A stretch of DNA of 64,000 bases from Mytilus trossulus (Eukaryota). The DNA lies in assembly GCF_036588685.1 (NCBI RefSeq), contig NC_086381.1, forward strand, positions 73,222,001-73,286,000. Direction: 5' to 3'. The notes beneath the pieces were generated by a model that saw only the letters and a list, made by a program, of their open reading frames with translations, was not told the origin of the DNA and ran no database searches. Shown one piece after another: positions 12,781-23,377 of the stretch. The first letter of the stretch is position 1. Every line of letters starts with the position of its first letter. The translations under genes and the position numbers were made by a program.

Positions 12781-12876
12781 GTCAAGGACGTCCTACTTAT
12801 GATAGTCACGTCAAATCGGTTGTCAAGGACGTCCTACTTATGATAGTCACGTCAAATCAGTTGACAATGACGTCCT
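12781..12876 (-). promoter_or_regulatory. 41-bp tandem duplication just upstream of the CD225 paralog 2 ATG, carrying CRE/ATF-like TGACGTGA and GACGTC sites
   Basis: Unit gtcaaggacgtcctacttatgatagtcacgtcaaatcggtt at 12781 and 12822, with a partial third copy at 12863. The regulatory role is inferred from position and motif. Confidence 0.5.
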
Positions 12877-14039
12877 CTGTCAATGCTGCTGGCGTCGTGT
12901 ACACGTGTAATAATAGTCCTTTGATAATCTATGTTGATAATTGTCATTGTGCTTTGCATCTTTTGTTACCTGTGCTTATGTAACGGTTGATTTCTTCCTT
13001 TGTGATATTTTATCCTGAGGATAATTTGTCACGGTTATACATCAAACTCTGTCTTCTTTTGAACCGAATTTTGCTGTGCGTTTGTTTATTACACATTTGG
13101 TAGAGGTTGAGATCTCACCAAACATGTTCAACCCCAACACATTTTTGCGCGATTTTTTTCTATATATATTTCTTTTTGAACTTTCAGAAATAAACCGCTG
13201 TGTCACGAGCGCATGATACGCCTGTCGCTTCAATAAGAATAAGAATTTCAAAGAATAAAGCCTATGAATAATCTGTGATAAAAGAACTGTCAGTGCTTTG
13301 TTTTATATTGGCTGTAAACTGTAATTTATTGCTCATGTTATTTATATACACATATTATTGAGATATTAAATGTTGAAAAATATTTATGTTTTGCTTTGTT
13401 TATTCTCGTAAAGACTACAGGTGATTGTCATGCTTATCTCGTATAAAGGAGGTGAAGATCATATACAGAATACATGCCGTATAATTTGCATTTTGGTGGT
13501 ACTGTGAAAAAATATTTGAAGCTATTTTAATGCTAGTTTGTACATGTAGTATGTTCATTTTACAATAAAAAATAATAATTAAACGAGAGATGAAAGTTAC
13601 CAAAGGGATATTAAAACTCATAAGTCGAAAAAAAAATCTAACACAGCCATGGCATGACAAAACACAAAAAACGACGCGCGGGAAGACAAACAATTATACA
13701 CTAACACAACATGGAAAACTAAAGACTGAGCAACATGTGTGAATGATTTCAGGTGCTTCGGAGAGGTAAACACACCCTGCACCACATATGGCACCTGTTG
13801 AGTTGCTCATACAAGCTTTGTAGTAGGTGCATCCAATATAGTCACAAAATCTTCAATTATTTAGTGAAAGTACATCATCTATATTGGAAAGTAAACTTAG
13901 AGGATACAGCTTTCTTTTTTCTTTCTTTCTCAGAAGTTAATGTATGCAATCAACCTCATATAAAAAAAGGAACAAGAAAAAAATCAAATTTTGATACTAT
14001 TGCAAGATGAAAGAGTCTAAGATTGTATGTACTCTAAAA

Positions 14040-14705
14040 TAAAATTGAGAATGGAAATGGGGAATGTGTCAAAGAGACAACAACCCGACCAAATAAAAAA
14101 AAACAACAGCAGAAGGTCACCAACAGGTCTTCAATGTAGCGAGAAATTGCCGAAGCCGGAGGCGTTCTTCAGCTGGCCTCTTAACAAATATATACTAAAA
14201 AAGTACTAGTTCAGTGATAATGAACGCCATACTAATTTCCAAATTGTTCACAAGAAACTAAAATCAGAATAATACAAGACTAACAAAGGCCAGAGGCTCC
14301 TGACTTGGGACAGGCGCAAAATTGCGGCGGGGTTAAACATGTTTATGAGATCTCAACCCTTACCCTATACCTCTAGTCAATGTAGAAAAGTAAACGCATA
14401 ACAATACGCACATTAAAATTCAGTTCAAGAGCAGTCCGAGTCTGATGTCAGAAGATGCAACCAAAGAAAATAAACAAAATGACAATAATACATAAATAAC
14501 AACAGACTACTAGCAGTTAACTGACATGCCAGCTCCAGACTTCAATTAAACAGACTGAAAGATTATGATTTCATCATATGAACATCAGGCACAATCCTTC
14601 CCGTCAGGGGTTTAGTATCATACCATCATAACATATATGAGAAGAACATAACCCGTGTCATGCCAACAACTGTTTTTATAATAAATGTGTTTAGTTCCGA
14701 CGTAA
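14040..14705 (+). repeat. Dispersed repeat (aaaattgagaatggaaatggggaatgtgtcaaagagacaac family)
   Basis: The terminus is shared with a shorter copy at ~12197-12280. The internal ggctcctgacttgggacaggcgcaaaa motif is related to segments at ~9100-9200, ~13095-13150 and ~16085-16105. Boundaries approximate. Confidence 0.6.
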
Positions 14706-14890
14706 AGAGACTCTAAAAGACCGTTTTAAAACTCGAGAACAGTGAAAGTGTCGACACTTTAATTTCAAAAGTGATCTGAATTTGGAGTCACGGTAATAAC
14801 CATTGTGTACAATTTTATAACACTTAGTTTGAAGACAAACCAGAGAACGGAAAATAAACTCATTATAGATACCAGGACTAAATTAAGTAT

Positions 14891-14936
14891 ACACCAGATG
14901 CGCGTTTCGTCTACAAAAGACTCATCAGTGACGCTC
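14891..14936 (-). ncRNA. Type I hammerhead ribozyme motif (downstream copy; AUC triplet, probably weakened)
   Basis: Minus strand GAGCGTCA CTGATGA GTC TTTTGTA GAC GAAAC GCGC ATC TGGTGT. Stem I GCGUCA/UGGUGU, stem II GUC/GAC, palindromic GCGC loop III. The G of GUC is replaced by A. Confidence 0.7.
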
Positions 14937-15227
14937 AAATCCAAAAAAAGTTAAAAAGGCCAAATAAAGTACGAAGTTGAAGAGTATTGAGGACCAAAAT
15001 TCCTAAAAGTTTGGCCAAATACAGCTAAGGTAATCTATGCCTGAGGTAGAAAAGCCTTAGTATTTCAAAGAAATAATCAAAAATTTGTAAAAAGTAAATT
15101 TATAAATATAACCATATCAATGACAATTCATTTCAGCACAAAAAGTGCTGACTACTGGGCTTCTGATACACTCGGGGAAATAAATCTCTACCAGCAGTGG
15201 CATAGATACCAGGACTAAATTCAGTAT

Positions 15228-15273
15228 ACGCCAGACACACGTTTCGTCTACAAAAGACTCATCAGTGTCGCTC
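15228..15273 (-). ncRNA. Type I hammerhead ribozyme motif (upstream copy; intact core with GUC triplet)
   Basis: Minus strand GAGCGACA CTGATGA GTC TTTTGTA GAC GAAAC GTGT GTC TGGCGT. All core nucleotides are present; predicted cleavage is between 15234 and 15233. Confidence 0.8.
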
Positions 15274-17029
15274 GACCACCAACCTCCGAACCTAAAGACG
15301 GACAAGGGTAAACCTGAATGTCTATACCGCCAATGGGAGGCGGCATACAAACAAAATACTAGTGTCGACTGTAGTAGTAGATAAACTAGTACAACGATAG
15401 CCGCTGCATTAGATGCAACTAATTTGGGACTGATTCACAAATGACGAAATCTAATCCGGGGGTGACTGCATTTCGATGGCAATACCCATCAAGCCAGTTT
15501 CTACTTCTTTGGCAACAACCAAAACCCTAACCCATGTAGCCACTAAATAGGGTGGGGGATAGTGCCCTTGAAAAGAAGGTGTGTCTATACACTGCCCCCA
15601 TCCTACCCCATGGAACTATAAAAAAAGTTTATATGAATAATTAATACCATATGATACACTATCATTGCAGTTGAAGCATGCCTCTAATATAACATAACCC
15701 AGTTTATTACGGTATTGAAGCCAGGTTACTTTGAAGGAGTTGACTGATATGTAAAACTAGGTCCATTCACAACAAAAAACAGTAAAGTGGAAGAACTGCA
15801 TGAAAAGTTTGCGAGTGAAATTACTTATATTTCAAATGAAAAAATGCCCTGAAATTATTATCATATCAAATAATTGATAAACCCTTACATAACTATTTCT
15901 CCTGTGTAGGAATTCATACTTGTAACGTCATGAACTTGCAGGTGTATATCTGCTCAACATCGATCTGATGAGATAGGTAAGCCCTTCTCAACTGATTTTT
16001 ATAGTTTGTTCATGTGTTGTGATGTTACTACACTATAGGGATTTGACTGGGAACCCACAATCAACCCCATCACATTCTTTATGCACCTGTCTAAGTCAGG
16101 AGACAGTATTCAGTGATTGTCGTTTTCTGCTATATTTTATGTGTTTTTTATTTATTATTTTGTACAGAAATTATTATGAAAGTTTGAACTGTTTTGAGCC
16201 TTTTATAGCTGCCTTTGTGGTATGCTTTTTGCTCATTGTACAGCAATATGGGCTATTTTCTATTTCATTTTGTCTCTGGTTGAGAGTTGTCTCATTAGCA
16301 ATCATACTGCATCTTCTTATTTTTTAATATTATACATTTACAAAATGAGTTGCCATGATGTCCACCTATGAAATACGACTTATCCTAATTTAATATCAGT
16401 ACATGAAACTTGATTTGCCATAATATATGACCTGATCCCAACATGACTTTTTCAGTCCATTCCTCATAAATACAAAACAGACATTGAAAAACTGAACATC
16501 ATAAAATACAATATAGAAAACTGAAGAAAAGGTAACAAGAACCCACTTGTAACCTCAGGGGAGTACTGGTGTGCTAAGCTGTGCTTCATAAGACCAGAAG
16601 AACGAAAGCTAGATTTATCCTTGTTAGACGATAACAAAGTGAAAGACTGTGAAGAGGAAGGTAATAACATCAATATTATAATATTACAAACATTTCACTC
16701 ATTTGATGTTGTTGTTGTAATAGTCAATAATTCTGCCAAAGCCTTTGCAAATCTGAGTATATGAACAGTGACAAGCATATCTAGTGAAGCTTTTTGTTCG
16801 AAATTGCAATATGGTTTTCATGATGTCCTATTTTATACTACATGTAGTAAATTATACTGCTCTTGGCTGGCAAGAAATGACAGAATTTCTATGAAGATTC
16901 ACAAATTCCATATGTAATTCCATGGCTAACTTATTTGTTGGTAGTAATTTTCTTGGATGTCATGTGTTATTACCAGATTGACTACGTAATTAGGGCCAAA
17001 GAAGTACAAATTTCTAATATACAGGATTA

Positions 17030-17900
17030 CTTAAAAAGAATGCACATTCTAAAATGTCTAGCCTGTCTTTCTTATCATTGAATGTATGTTGAAAGTCTGT
17101 AACTTGAAGGTTTTACTACAAGTATCCATTAAACTTAGCACTGTCAATGTTCTATGATAATGAGCCAGACAAAACAAACAAGTCTACCTTACAATTGTTC
17201 CATACACCAAACATTGATGACTTATTGCTATAAGTCATTGGAAAACCAACCAAAACACAAAAACCTAACATTGACCAATAACCAAAAATTGAGTTCAAGT
17301 TCATATGATACTGGCAAGACCAACTTGTACAGCTTAGATTCATTCCATACACCAAATATAGTTGACCTATTGCTTATAATAGTACTTGAAAAACAGACCA
17401 AAACACAAAAACTTTACATTGACCAATGGACAATGAAAATGAGGTTAATGTCAGATGCAACCTGTTCTGACATGTACCCTTACAATCATTCCATACACTT
17501 CATGTAGTTGGCATGCTGATTGTAGTATCTGAGAAACAGACCTAATTATTCAACTTAAATACTGATCACTGTTCCATGAGCTCAAGGTCAATTGGACCCT
17601 CTCTGATTGACATATAGGCTTTGCAAGGAACCTGTATACCAAATATAGTTATCCTACTACTCATAATAAATCAGAAATTCACATCATAAAAATATCTTTT
17701 CAAGCAGTCTCTGAATCAAGAAAATGAGGCCAAGGACGTTGGACATATGGCAGACAAAAATTTGGTAACATAAGGTATATGAACACACAGTATTTAGCAT
17801 CCAGGTCTTCCACCTTCTAAAATATAAAGTTTTTAGAAGTGAACTAACACAGCCCCCACATTACTTTCCCTATATCAAGTTTGATTCAGGTCTCGATATG
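17030..17900. mobile_element. Degenerate HINE-like element related to 48556-49630
   Basis: Shares ccatacaccaaatatagttgacctattgct, gaaaatgaggt and gcatccaggtcttccaccttctaaaatataa with the 48.5-49.6 kb element. Ends are eroded. Confidence 0.6.
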
Positions 17901-19296
17901 GATGGTCATGTTACAAAAATGACAGAATCAAGTAACAATACAACTATTGCAGATAAGATTTTTTATTGTATAAACTATCACATTAATTTTGGCTGAAAGG
18001 ACGGTTACAGAATAAACAGGACTAAAACAAGCTCTTTGTTTCTAACCAAAATGGACTACAAATACATCATAAAAAATGACTGAGTTTTTTGTTATTCTTA
18101 CAAAAATAAGATAAACTTGTACACACCATTTTTTGGTTTCATGTAGGAGGATGGAAGGAGTTGTCTCCCTTGACCAGAAAGAAAAAATAGACAAAAAATA
18201 AACCAAAAGAAATCAAATATCAGCTTCTTTCTTCCCTATATCAAATTTTGAATGATAAATACCAAATTCCTGTGGAATAAATATTCACATATTCTAAAAA
18301 AGGTCCTTAAAATCTTTTAAACTTAAAATGTCTAGCTTTGATATTCGAACTCATAACATGACCTTGAAAAATGTTATGAAAATAAAGACAAATATTTAAA
18401 CAATTTACTGTCAAATCAAATAGTGTGAAAGTGTGAGACATAAATAGTTATTTATAGATTCATTCCAAGGATAAAAGAATGAACTTGAAATGAAGATGTA
18501 CTTAGCACAAAATTATCAGAGTTAACATAATGACTTGAATTTTACCAATTTGAATCAATTAACGGTGAAAAGTTTTATTCATTCTTTGTCTTTTACAACT
18601 GATTGCGGTATCTGTTTCATCAAAAGTTAACCATGTACTGCTTTATCCATTTGAAACTATACACCTGTGAGCAACCTTTTCAAAAGAGTACATTATTGAA
18701 GAAAGTAATATTTGATTATCTCCCTTTTTTTGGCTTTCTTTTTTTAATAAATGTAAATGGATGTTATTTGTATTTTTTTTTAAATGGTAACTGAAAGGAG
18801 AAATAATCCTAATCACTAATTAGCAGATGCATGAATAAACTATTTTGAGACAAATTTTTTTAAATATTATTTAAAACACATTGTAGAATGATAACATTCT
18901 GTGAATACTATTAAACAGAGATTCTAAAGCTTGAATAATAAAACTATTGATGTCTAATCCAATGTGTATATAAAAAGTTTTGAAAACTCTAAAAAGTCTA
19001 AATATTTACATCTGACAGTCATTAAATAAACAAACAAAAAATTTCAAATTTCATTGGCTTTGTTTATTTTGCAAAAATAATTTAAAATTTCACAATATTA
19101 GTTGTTTTAAATTGTATCAGTCTTATATTCTAAAGGTTTTTCATTATATTTAAAGAAAACTTTAAAATGTTAATGTGAATTTATGCAAAATTGTAGTCTA
19201 ATTGATAAAAGTTTGAAAACAAAATACCAAATTTTAAAAATTTGATTTTTCTATATATATTTTTTTTTTACTAGGTCTTGTCCGATTGGTTGATAT

Positions 19297-20573
19297 AACT
19301 AAAGGCTCCAAAGAGCCTGTGTCGCTCACCTTGGTCTATGTGAATATTAAACAAAGGAAGCAGATGGATTAATGACAAAATTGTGTTTTGGTGATGGTGA
19401 TGTGTTTGTAAATCTTACTTTACTAGTCTTGCTGCTTACATTTATCTCTATCTATAATGAACTTGGCCCAGTAGTTTCAGTGGAAAATGTTAATAAAAAT
19501 TTACAAATTTTATGAAAATTGTTAAAAATTGACTATAAAGGACAATAACTCCTTAGGGGGTCAATTGACCATTTCGGTCATGTTGACTTATTTGTAAATC
19601 TTACTTTGCTGAACATAATTGCTGTTTACAGTTTATCTCTATCTATAATAAAATTTAAGATAATAACCAAAAACAGCAAAATTTCCTTAAGATTACCGAT
19701 TCAGGGGCAGCATCCCAACAATGGGTTGTCAGATTCATCTGAAAATTGTAGGGCAGATAGATCTTGATCTGATTAATAATTTTACCCCGTGTTGGATTTG
19801 CTCTAAATGCTTTGGTTTTTGAGTTATAAGCCAAAAACTGCATTTTACCCCTATGTTCTATTTTTAGCTGTGGCGGCCATCTTGATTTGATAGTCGGGTC
19901 ACCGGACACATTTTTAAAACTAGATACCCCAAAGATGATTATTGCCAAGTCTGGATTAATTTTGCCCAGTAGTTTCAGAGGAGAAGATTTTTGTAAAAGA
20001 TAACTAAGATTTACGAAAAATGGTTAAAAATTGACTATAAAGGGCAATAACTCCTAAACGGGTCAACTGACCATTTCGGTAATGATGACTTATTTGTAAA
20101 TCCTACTTTGCTAAACATTATTGCTGTTTACAGTTTATCTCTATCTATAATAATATTCAAGATAATAACCAAAAACTGCAAAATTTCCTCAAAATTACCA
20201 ATTCAGGGGCAGCAACCCAACAACGAAAATTTCAGGGCGGATAGATCTTGACCTGGTAAACATTTTTACCCCATGTCAGATTTCCTCTAAATGCTTTGGT
20301 TTTTGAGTTATAAGCCAAAAACTGCATTTTACCCCTATGTTCTATTTTTAGCCGTGGCGGCCATCTTGGTTGGTTGACCGGGTCACGCCACACATTTATT
20401 ATACTAGATACCGCAATGATGATCGTGGCCAAGTTTGGTTCAATTTGGCCCAGTAGTTTCAGAGGAGAAGATTTTTGTAAAAGTTAACAACGACGCCGGA
20501 CGCCGCCGGACGACGCCGGACGCAAAGTGATTGGAAAAGCTCACTTGGCCCTTCGGGCCAGGTGAGCTAAAAA
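19297..20573 (-). mobile_element. Helentron-associated non-autonomous element (HINE / pearl-CvA / DINE-1-like)
   Basis: On the minus strand: TTTTT-AGCTCACC-tggcccgaagggcca-AGTGAGCT (subterminal repeat plus its inversion), a CGTC-type microsatellite at 20490-20523, ~500-bp internal tandem repeats, then GGTGAGCG and the terminal hairpin AGGCTC-tttg-GAGCCT. Confidence 0.8.
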
Positions 20574-21679
20574 GGTACATACACTTAAGGTAATTTTGTA
20601 AACAAAAATACATGGTTGAATATTGAAACCAAATTCTTCAGAAGACAAAATAACAAGGGTATATGAAATTTGATGCAAATACATGTAGATACGTTTATAT
20701 TTTATTTATGTTAAAGTATTTTCCCCAGAAATGTTTTGATAAATTCACATCAACCTGGTGATAAAAAAAAATAATATAAGGATTTCATTGGCATCCTTTC
20801 TCATGTGGATGTGTTACCATATTTTCTACATTATTTTAATGTATACTAGTTATATTACAAGTTATAATCTATCTTTTTAAAATCTTTTATATCTAGACTG
20901 GTCCTTGGACGGAATGCCTCACTAGCTGTAGACGGCTAGTGCTAAATATAAAAATCTATAAAAAACTCAAACTAATAAAAACAAACATCTTAACAAGAAA
21001 ACAATTAATGAGCAAATCAAACATTATTTGATTAAAATATTCATCACAATAAATTACTATTATGTATATTAATAAATGTACATTGGATAACAAATAATAT
21101 ATCATAATATAATACAGTATACATAAAAAATACTGTATCCAACCTCATAAAATCCATAACAGTATCACATTTTGTTCAAGAGGGGGAGTAAGATTAAACA
21201 TTTAATGGATTTACTAGGTTAGTTTTTGGTAATATGTAGTTTTTTCTTAGCTTTATCAAAAGTTATTAATATAGGAAAAATAAAATAGCTTTTTAGCCTT
21301 AAGATGAGGCCAGGTAAAGAGAAAACATAAGACAACGTTGGAGACAGTTTGTCCTCAATCTGTTTAAAAGATGATAGACTTGTTAGTTTTGGTTTATATT
21401 ACCTGGTAACTTATGAAAATTAAAACTAATTTAAATACATGTATATAATTCACTCTATAAAATGTGAGGTGGCAGCTATTAGATTTATAGTGACAGGGCT
21501 TACATTAAGATAAATACAAAAGTTTATTTAGTTTGCAATCTTAATTATTTAATAACTTAATTAATTTTTTACCATTATAATCATTTAATATTTATCTATT
21601 GTAAAATAGCACTAATTTTTTTTTATTACAATTATTCTGCATCAACTAGTAAACTGGCAAATGATTAAGCGTGCATACA

Positions 21680-21778
21680 CAGGCGCAGATCAAGAGGGTT
21701 TTTTTTGGACGATGAATGCATTTGAATGGGACATGTAATTTGAACCCCCCCTTTTTAAAATGGCTGGATCCGCCCCTG
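21680..21778. mobile_element. 99-bp MITE with 5-bp TSD (hAT5-like)
   Basis: Termini CAGGCGCAGATC... and ...GGATCCGCCCCTG, flanked on both sides by ATACA (21675-21679, 21779-21783). Confidence 0.7.
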
Positions 21779-22875
21779 ATACAACCCTACCAAAGAGTTG
21801 TATTTCATTAATAAATATGAACAATTAATAAAAATGTCTTTTCAATTATGATGCAATAGATGAAAAATATTATATTAGGCAAGGTATTAATAAATGATAT
21901 GTTTCATGGTTTCCTACAAAAATACAAAAACAGATACAAAACAACCTATGTATAACATATACTTATAATATAATAATATTTAAAAACTCTACATCTGGCA
22001 AATATTTTGTGATATAAAACAATCCAAGTTTAGGGTACACATTATACAGTGGACAATCTGTAAAATAAATTCCACTTATAAACCATATTACAGAAGAAAA
22101 ATCTTATAATTAAAATATGTATATACATGTATTAAAAAACATCATGAATTCTCTAGTAAATAACATGAATTACATTTGTAAAATGCAACATTCACTTATG
22201 TGTGTCCTCAACAACCAAGCTCTGTGAATAGATACATGGATCATGCACTAAATTGCAATTATCCACAAATTTTCTGGTTTTCATGTGATACTTTTATAAT
22301 CAAAATGAAGAAAACATAAATCCAGGTGTGCATAAATCTTTTACTGTATCATGTACCAATATTCATGTTCTTTTTATTACAGAACAATGCATCCATTAAA
22401 CATATACATGCATTTCTACTACATGAACCTTGAACTAAAAATTCCCACAAGAAACGTACAGCATTTCAAACACATATTGGGACAGAACACTAAATAATAT
22501 AACTGTAATTGAAGGCACAGTCCTCAGCTAATAACAATGTATAACATGGCCAGGGTCCCTGGGCACCCAACTATTCATTATCATTCCAAGTTGTTGCAAA
22601 GTGAAATAACAAAAACAGGCACTTTTACTAACAAAAGCAAGATAACTCTACTTCAAATGACAGCAAATTCTAGCCCTACAACAAAATATGAGAAATAGAA
22701 CCATCAAAAGAGATTATTGTATCTTCCAGTAGATGCTATATTACACCTGAAGTGAACTCATAAATTCAGAATTAACCTCATTATAACCTGCAATAACCTT
22801 TACTATAGATTTTTTTTATCTATAACAAATTTTAACTCTGCATAAACCTAATCTCCTTTCAGGATCTCTCCCTGC

Positions 22876-22990
22876 ATGTATATGTGTTTGTACATGTATG
22901 TGTGGTCTACAAGAGTTTTGTGTTTGTACATGTATGTGTGGTCTCCAAGAGATATGTGTTTGAACATGTATGTGCGACCTCCAAGAGATC
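22876..22990. repeat. ~36-bp tandem repeat, ~3 copies, in the probable 3' UTR of the coiled-coil gene
   Basis: tgtgtttgtacatgtatgtgtggtct(a/c)caagag is repeated. Confidence 0.75.
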
Positions 22991-23377
22991 AAATACTCAT
23001 ACTAATCTAACTGCATTCATACATGTATCATGTCTACATCATCACTAACATATACATGAATTACATTCAAGTTAATCATAAATTATACAGTAACTTAAAT
23101 TACTAGACAAAATAAATTATAGTTATTTTATATCTGACAATCAACTAAACAGAATAACTATAAACTATTTCTGCTAAAAATTATTAGTTTATTATATTCA
23201 AAGGAACTTTAATAAGGCTTGGAATTTTACTATGTTTCCTTGTTAAAATTACCAAGTGCTTTCTCTTGTGTCCAAAATACCCTTAAAAAGTTCTGTACAA
23301 ACAACATTAGAACATAAGCTCTATCTCTAGGACAAAAAGTCTGGAAGTAAAAAAAATGTACAAAACACATTACATTA

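Larger units (their letters stand above)
14852..15273 (-). mobile_element. Retrozyme-like element: 337-nt monomer bounded by two hammerhead-containing direct repeats
   Basis: A ~72-bp direct repeat occurs at 14865-14936 and 15202-15273 (offset 337). Each copy reads CTGATGA-GTC-TTTTGTA-GAC-GAAAC on the minus strand. Confidence 0.8.

Noticed and set aside
15965-15995. CTGATGAG as a third hammerhead core
   Set aside because: No GAAA follows a stem II and there is no stem III or NUH triplet. The same applies to CTGAAGAG at ~35582.
19655-20432. Two similar ORFs (RWPP.LKIEHRGKMQFLAYNSK) as duplicated genes
   Set aside because: They are translations of the ~500-bp internal repeats of the HINE-like element.
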